From Minisyncoccota bacterium (GTDB lineage Bacteria; Patescibacteriota; Minisyncoccia; UBA6257; XYB1-36-10): 64,000 nucleotides of DNA. The stretch is from positions 87,713 to 151,712 of the forward strand of contig JBAZJH010000001.1 of NCBI GenBank assembly GCA_041651415.1, written 5' to 3'. A program made the position numbers and the translations under genes. Position 1 is the first letter of the stretch, and each line of letters begins with the position of its first letter. Below the pieces are notes generated by a model, which was not told where the DNA came from, searched no databases, and worked only from the letters and a program-made list of their open reading frames with translations. Positions 55,905 to 64,000 of this stretch are shown here, in pieces.

Positions 55905-57890
55905 TCAATTCAGTTTATAAATGAAGATGGAAGTGCCGGCGCGATAATCGGAAAGAGGAACGTCAGAATAGTTTTGAGGGACATTTCTTAAAGTTTTAAG
56001 CCAAAGATAGCTGTCTTCCGGTTTTCTTGCTGATTCCATGCCGGGGGCGAGATCTGCCATTGCCCCTTCTAGAGTGTTAACAGAAACTGCCAGCCAATTT
56101 ATGCCTTCTTCTTGAGGATTATTTTTAGCCGACTGCCAAGGAATGGCTTTATCTCCAAAACGGTAAGCAAGATTGTCGCCGCCAAAATAGTCCACGGCGA
56201 TTTTATCAATATTGTTTTTTTCGACAAAAACCGCAAGCTCTTTCAAATCCTGGCCCCAATCATAGTTGGAATCAGTGACAAAGCGATAGCCATTTTTTGT
56301 TCCGCCGCCAAACTCGTTAAAATAAGAAAGATAATTGGGATAAGCGAGGGCGGACTCAATTGAAAACCAAAGCAAAACAGCAAAAAGAATAACCAACTTA
56401 TTGGCGTTCTTTGAAATAAGGCCGAGAGTTTTAAAGAATCCGGAGAACCAGGAAGATGATTCTGATTTTGATTCAAAATAAAAAGATTTTTTCAGAGCGG
56501 AGACGGTTAAAATGTAAATGAAAGGAATAGTCGGCAAAATATGGCGGACACCGATATTTAAGGGACTGCTTACGCTATAAGCCCAATAAAAAACCACAAA
56601 GACCAACATAGAAAATTCCGCAAAGTTAGTGTTTAGATATTCGGCGATTTTTATATGGCCTGGCTTTAGAGAGCGGAAAAGGCGGATAACGGCCGAATTG
56701 AAGGCAAAAAGGATAAGAAGAAGAACCGGCAGAGCTTCTTTTAGAAGATAAACGACGGGGAAATAATACCACCAGCCGCCGCCGCCGACTTCTCCTAAAA
56801 AGAAAGCGGTGTTTCCTCCGGAAGACCTTTGCATAACCATAAGAACGCCTAAGAGATATTCAGCCGCGGGACGAGTGAGAGAATTTCCAGCCAGCCAAAT
56901 ATCAAGGTCGGCCAGGCATCTTTTTCCCGAACAGGTTTCTCCGACTGGAGTGGGGCTGCCGGCAAAGGAAGTAAGAATTTCTCTAGTGTCATCGACTTGC
57001 CTTTCTACCGGATAATTAAATGTAAAAACAAAATAAACGGCATAAACTAAGAGGAAACCGATAAAGAAGATAGAGAAAAGCCATAAGATGTAAACGCCGG
57101 CTTTTTTAAAGAAAAATTTTATTTTGTGGTTCGGGGCAAAACGGCTAAAACCTTTTAAGCTGACAAGAAAATGAATAAGAGCGATAAAAATAAAGAAAGG
57201 AATAAGAAGGACGGCGGAAAATTTCAAAAGTTGCGCTATGCCAAAAACCAAACCGGCTATGATTAAATTTTTTCTGTTCGGTTTTTCCAGAAAATTCAAA
57301 AAGGAAAAAGTGGCGGCAAAAATGCCGAAAGCGGCGGCAAGGTCGGTTGTGACATAATGACCGTGAGCGAGAACGATGGGAGAAAAGGCAAAAAGAAAAG
57401 CGGGCAAAATTCCCCACCATTTTCCAACAAGCTTGGCAGACCAAAAATAAATCAGAAAAACAAGAAGAATAGTCAAAAGAATAGGAGCGAGGCGGGACCA
57501 AAAAATGATGGCGTCGGCGTTGTTTCCCGATTCAAAAATAAACTGGGTTCCCACCCACCATTGGCCGTTTATTTCTTCCTGCCAAGATTCTTTTTCTAAA
57601 GGAAAGTTTAAATCCATAAAAACAAGAGGCAGAGCGGAAAGCGCTTTCAAAAGCGGGGGATGTTCGGGATTCAGGCGAAAGTCAAAATATTTATCGTAAC
57701 TAAAGCCGGCGGGAATATGCGCCAGTTCATCCATAATGGCTGAATCGCGACTTGAGGCAGAAAGCATTAAAAATAAAGAAAGAAGAGCGACTAAAGATAT
57801 AATTAAAAAAGGAGCGGAGAAAATTGTTTTTTTTATCATAGTAAATTTTAAATTATTAAGCGTTTTTTTCTTTAGCATCAATGTGTACAT
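55905..57890 (-). CDS. GT-C fold glycosyltransferase (PMT/ArnT-like, family 39-type).
   Basis: 661 aa polytopic protein with a first-loop DE motif (MDELAHIPAG), about 11 TM helices and a C-terminal soluble domain. The annotated start lies inside the B3 palindrome, so the real start is probably the Met at about 57839. Confidence 0.7.
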   Translation of the reverse strand: MYTLMLKKKTLNNLKFTMIKKTIFSAPFLIISLVALLSLFLMLSASSRDSAIMDELAHIPAGFSYDKYFDFRLNPEHPPLLKALSALPLVFMDLNFPLEKESWQEEINGQWWVGTQFIFESGNNADAIIFWSRLAPILLTILLVFLIYFWSAKLVGKWWGILPAFLFAFSPIVLAHGHYVTTDLAAAFGIFAATFSFLNFLEKPNRKNLIIAGLVFGIAQLLKFSAVLLIPFFIFIALIHFLVSLKGFSRFAPNHKIKFFFKKAGVYILWLFSIFFIGFLLVYAVYFVFTFNYPVERQVDDTREILTSFAGSPTPVGETCSGKRCLADLDIWLAGNSLTRPAAEYLLGVLMVMQRSSGGNTAFFLGEVGGGGWWYYFPVVYLLKEALPVLLLILFAFNSAVIRLFRSLKPGHIKIAEYLNTNFAEFSMLVFVVFYWAYSVSSPLNIGVRHILPTIPFIYILTVSALKKSFYFESKSESSSWFSGFFKTLGLISKNANKLVILFAVLLWFSIESALAYPNYLSYFNEFGGGTKNGYRFVTDSNYDWGQDLKELAVFVEKNNIDKIAVDYFGGDNLAYRFGDKAIPWQSAKNNPQEEGINWLAVSVNTLEGAMADLAPGMESARKPEDSYLWLKTLRNVPQNYSDVPLSDYRAGTSIFIYKLN

Positions 57891-57908
57891 ATGTACCTAT
57901 TGATGCTA
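57873..57908. repeat. Family B palindrome, type 1, third copy (TAGCATCAATGTGTACATATGTACCTATTGATGCTA).
   Basis: Perfect 36-bp palindrome in the GT-C promoter / mpg divergent region. Confidence 0.8.
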
Positions 57909-57970
57909 TGAATTTTTATTTCGGCGAACTTGCCGGAAAAAATGTTAATATGCTTAAATTATAAAACAAA

Positions 57971-58513
57971 ATGGCAGGTATGTTAATAAAAAAAGAAGAT
58001 TTTTTATTAAAAAACACGCCGAGTTTGGCAAAAAAGCTTTTGGGGAAAATTTTAGTAAAAAAAATCGGCAATAAGGAAATGCGAGCGGTGATTTTAGAAA
58101 CGGAAGCTTACAACGGATTTTTAGACAAAGCTTCCCATGCGCATAAAGGAAAAACAGGAAGAAACATGATTATGTTTCAAGAAGCGGGGGGCTGGTATGT
58201 TTATTTTGTTTATGGAAATCATTTTATGCTGAATCTTGTGACGGGGCCGAAAGAATATCCGGCGGCGATTTTGATAAGAGGCGTGGAAATTTTACCGGAA
58301 AGAAAAAGAATAGACGGGCCGGGACGGCTGACAAAGTTTTTAAAAATCGATAAAAATTTGAATGGAGAAGCGGTCGGAAAAAAGAGCGGGTTGTGGATTG
58401 AAGACGGCGGAGTTAGAATAAGCCAAAAAGAAATAGAGGAACTGCCTCGGGTAGGAGTGGATTACGCAGGAGAAGAATGGGCGGGAAAATTGTGGAGGTT
58501 TAGATTAAAATAA
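57971..58513 (+). CDS. mpg: DNA-3-methyladenine glycosylase (Mpg/AAG family).
   Basis: 180 aa. …RAVILETEAYNGFLDKASHAHKGKTGRNMIMFQEAGGWYVYFVYGNHFMLNLVTG…AAILIRGVE… matches the Mpg core (ETEAY…D.ASH…T.RN..MF…YVY..YG.H..LNVV). Confidence 0.8.
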   Translation: MAGMLIKKEDFLLKNTPSLAKKLLGKILVKKIGNKEMRAVILETEAYNGFLDKASHAHKGKTGRNMIMFQEAGGWYVYFVYGNHFMLNLVTGPKEYPAAILIRGVEILPERKRIDGPGRLTKFLKIDKNLNGEAVGKKSGLWIEDGGVRISQKEIEELPRVGVDYAGEEWAGKLWRFRLK

Positions 58514-58516
58514 AAA

Positions 58517-58560
58517 AAGGCAGCTGGTAAGTCGGTCATGTTTCGAATTGTTTCAAAACA
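58517..58560 (+). terminator. Long hairpin after mpg (gcagctggtaagt…acttactagctgc).
   Basis: 13-bp stem with 1 mismatch. No clear T-run follows. Confidence 0.35.
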
Positions 58561-58809
58561 CTTACTAGCTGCAATATCATCATGAATCACTTATGTATAT
58601 TGAAGACCTAGGTAAAATATATCATAAATAACAAACTAAGTCAATATTAGAATATGAAACTCTCAATGGGCATTGTCGGGACACAATCGGACATTATTAC
58701 TATCAGGCAGAGGTTAAAGTTGTGCCGTTTTCTTTTTCTATAAAAATACCATCATCTCTAAAAAGGGGAGTGGATTATGGGTTTAGGAGAAAGCAAGTTT
58801 ATAGATAAT

Positions 58810-59400
58810 TTAATTTTTGTATTCTAAAACTACAATTAAAGATTTATTCCATTCTGTTTTAGAGGTATTTTTCTTCAAGTAATTTATTTCTTTTTTATTG
58901 TTTCTGGTTATTAAATAGATTGCCGACACTTTTATTTTAGAAAGTTTGTTATGCCATTTTTTAACTGATTTTAGATACTTTTCCGGATAATAAGGTTTTT
59001 CTTTAGGATGTTCTTTTTCCAAAAATTTTTGGTCGCTTAAAATCTCCACCTCATCAATTACGGGAAGCTCTAAGTTTTTAACTATTTTTAACTTATTTAT
59101 GTTTTCAAAATACACGGCTTTTATACCTATCCTTTTCAAATAGGATATTAAAAAGTTTTTAGCAAAATAAGTTTTTCCTTCATCTGTTTTACTAACTAAA
59201 AACACACTCTTTTCGTTTTTGAGAGATTTTACTATTTTTTTTGCCAAAACCTCCATTTCTTTTGGAGTTTTGTATTTGTTAAGCATTTGTTTAATTATAA
59301 TCTTTATGAAAAAAAATAGGGAGGATGATTGTATCCTCCCAAAGCTTTGATAGAAGGCACCTTTTAAGTGCGGCAAGAACTGTTTTTGGGGGTCTTGCAA
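58810..59400 (-). CDS. Hypothetical protein with degenerate Walker A/B-like motifs. The likely true start is the internal Met at 59286.
   Basis: VFLVSKTDEGKTYFA is P-loop-like and LPVIDEVE is Walker-B-like. The first 38 codons of the listed ORF cover a minus-strand terminator hairpin (gggaggatacaatcatcctccc + T8) and a TATAAT box, so they are probably not coding. Confidence 0.4.
   Translation of the reverse strand: MQDPQKQFLPHLKGAFYQSFGRIQSSSLFFFIKIIIKQMLNKYKTPKEMEVLAKKIVKSLKNEKSVFLVSKTDEGKTYFAKNFLISYLKRIGIKAVYFENINKLKIVKNLELPVIDEVEILSDQKFLEKEHPKEKPYYPEKYLKSVKKWHNKLSKIKVSAIYLITRNNKKEINYLKKNTSKTEWNKSLIVVLEYKN
59320..59345 (-). terminator. Intrinsic terminator between the rSAM gene and the P-loop-like gene.
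   Basis: gggaggat-acaatc-atcctccc is followed by T8 on the minus strand. Confidence 0.6.
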
Positions 59401-59457
59401 TTAGCGCCTGCTTTTGAATGCTTGGTGAGACAGGAATGTTCGGGAACTGTTTGCGAC

Positions 59458-60768
59458 TTATACACCTTGAGCGGTTTGTAGCTTTTCTTCATTTTCAATT
59501 CTCCTTCTGTTGTAGAGATGAGTGATGTTACACTTATGCTCTACAGGTTTTCGGTAATCTCCATTTTCTATCAAAGCAATACCAATACAACTATCACAAT
59601 AATCTTTCAAAGAGCATCCCATGCATTTAGGAATGTCTTTAATAGAAAAAACATTTAGAAAAGAACCTCTTTTTTTCAATATTTCATTTATTGGCTCTTC
59701 CTTGATGTTACCCATTTTCAATCTTAGGTCAAGACAAGGGTGGACATAGCCATCCGGGTCAATGACTATCTGGTCTCTTCCGGCATAACAAACAGTGTCT
59801 TGAGTTCCGCAACTTCTATACTTGTCTACGGCCGGAAAACCGTCAATTTTATCAAGGAAATTGTAGAACTTGCCATTCAGGTCTTCTTTTGAAAGACGCA
59901 ATTTTGTTTCTTCTCCGATACTACCCCTGTTTGGAGTAATATAAGGGCTGTAGGATACGCTTATCTTTTCTCCAAAGGTAGAAATGAGCTTATCGTGCCA
60001 TTGTTCTATTTGGTTGATGTTGTGATTACCAACGGTTACAGAAAGAGAAGTCCTTACTCCGAGAAACATCAGAAGATTTACATTTTCCGATATTTTACTA
60101 AAATTGTAGTTTGAACGAGTGAAGGCAGAATGGCCATTCTTAATCTCATAAATTGAAACTTGTAAATCATAGATTTTAATTTTGGAAAGAAAATCTATGA
60201 TTTTATGATTTAGAAGCGAGCCATTTGTTTTTATTTCTATGGCAAATCCAAGTTCATTTAAGAAGGATAATATCTCAAGAATATCCGGTCTTAAAAAAGT
60301 TTCCCCGCCAGTTAGGAGAATAAATATTACCCCTACCTCTTTTAACTCTTTAGCAAGGGGTAGTAGATATTTTAACTCCAGTCCTTTCTTTGTGAGTTCT
60401 TCCCAGTAGCAATGTAGGCAATTTTGATTACACTTGCTTAGAAGTTCAATGCTGGCATTTATCACTTGCCAATTTTGACGAGCATATTTACAGAGATTAA
60501 CCATAGAATAATTAATTTCCGATTTTGCTCCCGATATGTTTTTTGTCTGATGTTCATCTTCTTCTAAAAAACCTCTTACAGATTTTTGCAACAAAAGAAA
60601 ATCCTTTTTTTGTTCGCGGTTCTTGGGAAGCTGAATGTTTTTATTCACTAAGATTTCAGGGACTTTATTTGCTAAGGTTCCTTCAAAAAAGATGGAACTC
60701 CAATTCTCTCGGTTCATAATAAAAGCGGCATCTTGGTAGGTTCTGACTATTAAATCATGCTTTTTCAT
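59458..60768 (-). CDS. Radical SAM enzyme with a C-terminal SPASM domain and an N-terminal extension of about 110 aa (possible RRE-like peptide-binding domain).
   Basis: CNQNCLHC (CX3CX2C) sits at about residue 113, GGE is present, and C-terminal auxiliary-cluster cysteines follow (…CYAGRDQIVIDPDGYVHPC…CMGCSLKDYCDSCIG). A strong SD AAGGAG and a TTGACA-type promoter lie upstream. Confidence 0.85.
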   Translation of the reverse strand: MKKHDLIVRTYQDAAFIMNRENWSSIFFEGTLANKVPEILVNKNIQLPKNREQKKDFLLLQKSVRGFLEEDEHQTKNISGAKSEINYSMVNLCKYARQNWQVINASIELLSKCNQNCLHCYWEELTKKGLELKYLLPLAKELKEVGVIFILLTGGETFLRPDILEILSFLNELGFAIEIKTNGSLLNHKIIDFLSKIKIYDLQVSIYEIKNGHSAFTRSNYNFSKISENVNLLMFLGVRTSLSVTVGNHNINQIEQWHDKLISTFGEKISVSYSPYITPNRGSIGEETKLRLSKEDLNGKFYNFLDKIDGFPAVDKYRSCGTQDTVCYAGRDQIVIDPDGYVHPCLDLRLKMGNIKEEPINEILKKRGSFLNVFSIKDIPKCMGCSLKDYCDSCIGIALIENGDYRKPVEHKCNITHLYNRRRIENEEKLQTAQGV

Positions 60769-60895
60769 GATTTCATCTCCTTATTTAGTTGTATATTTTG
60801 CTTTTTATAAAGTATATCCTTTTTACTAATTTGTCAATCTTACGTAAAACTCCGCCTCTCAAGAGGGGGGGATTATGGGTTTAGGAGGAAAGTTT

Positions 60896-61375
60896 TTATA
60901 TGTGTTTAACTTTACCTTCTTTCTCTAAATGGCTTTCAGTTTTAATTTCGTCAATAAAATTAACTTTTTCAAGTTCCGAAAGTTTGGTATAAAAACAAAC
61001 TCTACCTTTGGCCGGCTTTCCCTTCCGGTGAACTATCTCGTGAGGCAGTTTTTCTATATCGCAAAGAATGTATTCCTTAGCGTATCCGCCGCCTTTCCAA
61101 CCCCTTAAATTAGCCAACTCTTCCGCCTCAAATAATTCTTCCTTAAAGTAATCTTCATTAGTTTCAACAACTCTGGACTCCTTTACCTTAGCTATATGAG
61201 TAATAGCGCTTGGTAAATAATTTCCGTTTTCGTCTTTTCTACCAACTAAAAGAAAAGCTATATATTTAGCATCTTTTTTATCAGCAGCTTGATTGGCTAT
61301 CTTGCGTCTTTGAACTACTCGCCACATCTCTGGACGGGTATAAGCTACGAGAACTTCGGCTTTATGGTTGTTCAT
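60896..61375 (-). CDS. Hypothetical protein (159 aa).
   Basis: No family recognised with confidence. A PUA/EVE-like fold is possible but unsupported. Its start overlaps the stop of the upstream gene, indicating an operon. Confidence 0.4.
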   Translation of the reverse strand: MNNHKAEVLVAYTRPEMWRVVQRRKIANQAADKKDAKYIAFLLVGRKDENGNYLPSAITHIAKVKESRVVETNEDYFKEELFEAEELANLRGWKGGGYAKEYILCDIEKLPHEIVHRKGKPAKGRVCFYTKLSELEKVNFIDEIKTESHLEKEGKVKHI

Positions 61376-61376
61376 T

Positions 61377-62204
61377 TTATGTTCTACTAGATATGTCGGC
61401 TATTAACTTATCTTTTAGATTAGAAAGACAAGAATAAAAAAGTTTTGCTTCTTCATAATATTTTTCAAAGTAGGTTTTAGTGTCCGAAGAAGATATATTA
61501 TCTATAAAATTAAAATTACGATAATTCATTCTCAATCTCATTAAATAGAAAAAATCAAAAACAGATACTATCATTTTATCCTTAAACTTTTCAACCTTGT
61601 CTTTATTTTTTTGACTTTTTATATTTAATATACCGTTTGCTATTTTATAGTTTTCAATTTTTTCTTTAGCAACCTTTTTCATTAACAGCTTAAAAACCTT
61701 TTCGTCTACTACATTTGTTTTTAGGTGTTCTCCTGGAGCTTCCTTGAATAGAAGTATATTTTTATCGTAAACATTATTAAATAACGGTTCGCTAAATTGT
61801 AATTCTTGATTAATTAACATTTTAGAAAAACCATCAATACAGCCAGAATGTTTTATTGAAAGAGAAGTTTCTTCTCCTGTTAAAATATAATTAATTACAC
61901 AAAGAATGTGATAAATCAGGTAATATGTTTTTATAGGTAGCCAAAGAACTGCTGCGGTTGAGTATTCTTTATCAAATAATACTATTTCATGTTCATCTTT
62001 AATTGATTGTTTTGTAAGTTCAATAAGTTTTTCTTTATTTTTCAGATTTTTAATTTTGTCTTTATTTAGCAAAGGAACAACAGAGCAAGATAAAGAAAGA
62101 CCTTCTGATAACTTTACTAATCGGGATATGTATTTTAGATGGGTTCTAAAATCTAATCTATCATTATTCTGAAACCTTATTTTTATTTCTTTAATAATGG
62201 GCAT
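61377..62204 (-). CDS. Hypothetical protein (275 aa).
   Basis: No recognisable motifs. It lies in an AT-rich region and is the first gene of a two-gene operon. Confidence 0.4.
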   Translation of the reverse strand: MPIIKEIKIRFQNNDRLDFRTHLKYISRLVKLSEGLSLSCSVVPLLNKDKIKNLKNKEKLIELTKQSIKDEHEIVLFDKEYSTAAVLWLPIKTYYLIYHILCVINYILTGEETSLSIKHSGCIDGFSKMLINQELQFSEPLFNNVYDKNILLFKEAPGEHLKTNVVDEKVFKLLMKKVAKEKIENYKIANGILNIKSQKNKDKVEKFKDKMIVSVFDFFYLMRLRMNYRNFNFIDNISSSDTKTYFEKYYEEAKLFYSCLSNLKDKLIADISSRT

Positions 62205-62402
62205 CTTATAGGGTGTTTACTTTAGGGCTGTTTTATACTAAAATTAAATCATAATTGAATATAGTGTAAAGACCTAAACCATAGCTTCGGCTGTGGCATG
62301 GCCAAAAAATCGTTCAACGCATTATACCCGTCATCAGGGCGCGTTGAACGTTACAGGAGGAAACTTCTGTAGAGACTGCGAGGTCTTACTGGTGGCGGGT
62401 TT

Positions 62403-63455
62403 GTGTTTTTATCCGCTACCAGATTTATAAAAAATATAAAGAATATGCGTAGTGGATTTATACAAACACCAATACTTATAATCTTAGCCGCAATAGGTAT
62501 TTTTATTGTAGGTAACGCAAGTTATCGTTTTCTTGATGATAATAAGACGAATAAAGATGAAGAAATTAAGGTTTTAGAAGAAAAGCCAGATAAAACTAAA
62601 GAGGTAGATTTGAGTAATATCTTTGGGGAAGAAACGGAAGAAAAAATATCTACCAATTCAGAATCTAAAATAAGATTATATCCTTCCTCCGAACCGGAAG
62701 AAGAGCCGGCGGCGGAAGTTGTCAGTCAAACTGCCGGCGATGCGGATAATAACGCTGAAACTGAAACAAATGATTATGTTGATGACTTGGCCGACAGAGT
62801 GGCAAAAGAGATAAAGCAACCGCTTTATCTTGGAGAGTTAGATGACGACATTGATGACTTTAATCGTATCATAAAAGCGGTTCAAGACGACCGAGAACGA
62901 TACATATCTTTCGCGGAAAAAGCAGCCAGACAGAGATTAGATGCATTAAACGGATTTATTTATCTTGCTACTGACCCGGGAATAAAAAACTTCGTACAAA
63001 GTTTAGCCGATGACGAAAAGAAAAATAGTGATGAAGCTCGTAAGAGCTACACTGAACTCTTTGGATTTCTTGAGAGTGAAATTACCGATTACATAACCAA
63101 ACTGGAGAATGCCAAAGAAGAAATAACCGAAGACAAGTTCATTGGAAGTGTTGACGACCTGTTATCTCAAAACACGAAACAAAAAGAATACTTCATCGGG
63201 CTTATGCCGCAATTCACTAAAAGCGCTCAAGAATTAGAAGAGAGAAAAGCTGATAATTTTTCTGACGGAATATCATATCTCCATAATCTATTGGCTGTAA
63301 GCGAAACACTTTCCTCTGTGAACCAAAAATTATCTCAAATAGAACAAGAAGCACGCGAAAACATTGTCTCTAATGACGAGGTAAATTGCTGGGCAACCAC
63401 AGAATATAGTGGCGGACTGAATGGAACTTCAAAGACAAGAGTTAGGTGTGAATAA
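62403..63455 (+). CDS. Hypothetical membrane-anchored acidic protein. The likely start is the ATG at 62445 (MRSGFIQTPILIILAAIG…).
   Basis: N-terminal TM helix, then a D/E-rich soluble region. The listed start at 62403 falls inside a GC-rich hairpin. Confidence 0.45.
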   Translation: MFLSATRFIKNIKNMRSGFIQTPILIILAAIGIFIVGNASYRFLDDNKTNKDEEIKVLEEKPDKTKEVDLSNIFGEETEEKISTNSESKIRLYPSSEPEEEPAAEVVSQTAGDADNNAETETNDYVDDLADRVAKEIKQPLYLGELDDDIDDFNRIIKAVQDDRERYISFAEKAARQRLDALNGFIYLATDPGIKNFVQSLADDEKKNSDEARKSYTELFGFLESEITDYITKLENAKEEITEDKFIGSVDDLLSQNTKQKEYFIGLMPQFTKSAQELEERKADNFSDGISYLHNLLAVSETLSSVNQKLSQIEQEARENIVSNDEVNCWATTEYSGGLNGTSKTRVRCE

Positions 63456-63589
63456 TATAATGACTAAAATTAACTAAAAATGACTGAAAAAATAGTAGAA
63501 ACTATAGACGACGGTTGGCTTTTTATCATTCTTCAAAATTATAATTTTCTCGGGCTAAATAGTTTTATAAGAAGAAAACAAGAAGAATA

Positions 63590-64000
63590 TGAAAAACGAC
63601 TTAGAAAAAGCCGAAACAGGTAAGCCGATTACTCTAAAAAGTTATGCGGTTATTGACCGGAAGGGCAGAGATACAGGAAAAAGGTTTTTAAGAAAGGAGG
63701 ACGCGGAAAAGTATCAGAAAACTTTGCTTGAAATTGAAGATAAAAAGTTCTTTCGGGAAATGTATGGACAGCTCTTGGATTATGTAGATGACTATTTAAT
63801 TTCTAACTGCGCGGAGTGGGGTTATGACGCTTATAAAAAATATCTAACCCAAAAGAATCTTCAATCAAACAATCCTTTAATTTTTATTATTGCCGCGACT
63901 ACGGCTGTTATCATCGGACATTTTGGCTATAAGGCCTACAACGACCATTTTGACGAAGAAGGGATTATTGAGCTTAATCCACTGGACTTGGATTTTGAGC
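63590..64000 (+). CDS. 3'-truncated hypothetical ORF (runs off the window).
   Basis: ATG 63590, open to the end of the window. The product MKNDLEKAETGKPITLKSYAVIDRKGRDTGKRF… ends in a TM-like segment (PLIFIIAATTAVIIGHFGY). Confidence 0.35.

Noticed and set aside
59401-59457. Small plus-strand ORF MLGETGMFGNCLRLIHLERF… overlapping the rSAM 3' end, as a possible precursor
   Set aside because: It has no SD, lies antisense over the rSAM coding region and has no conserved features.

Overview
This 64-kb window looks like a small-cell, low-GC bacterium of the Candidate Phyla Radiation (Patescibacteria) type. It appears to use the standard genetic code, because TGA terminates typA, ppsA and other confident genes.

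Housekeeping genes I recognise are mltG, typA/bipA, uppP, groES-groEL, tgt, greA, lysS, serS, rmuC, mpg, ppsA, eno, a D-2-hydroxyacid dehydrogenase, a LacD-like class I aldolase, a MOFRL glycerate kinase, a MacAB-like efflux set, a KefB-like antiporter, a STAS protein, a patatin, LemA and an FtsQ-like protein.

They are interleaved with conspicuous accessory content:
- Two giant (1890 and 2003 aa) beta-helix/MBG-repeat surface proteins are flanked by an adjacent dockerin-protein/cohesin-protein pair.
- Three families of multi-copy intergenic structured repeats are present: a ~125-nt three-hairpin element in 6 full and 3 partial copies, a 36-38-bp perfect-palindrome family that brackets one gene in a nested inverted arrangement, and a 26-30-bp TTCCAATATTCTCAAGAATATTGGAA-like palindrome family.
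- An orphan ParB-like protein carries an N-terminal zinc ribbon.
- A Cas4-like Fe-S PD-(D/E)XK nuclease sits next to three paralogous mini membrane-protein genes.
- Several SD-led micro-ORFs encode tiny hydrophobic peptides.
- An AT-richer island at about 58.8-62.2 kb carries a radical-SAM/SPASM enzyme with an N-terminal extension, a degenerate P-loop protein and two unknown proteins. I consider it the best candidate for an undescribed peptide-modification or defence locus.

I found no CRISPR array, tRNA, rRNA, integrase or transposase.
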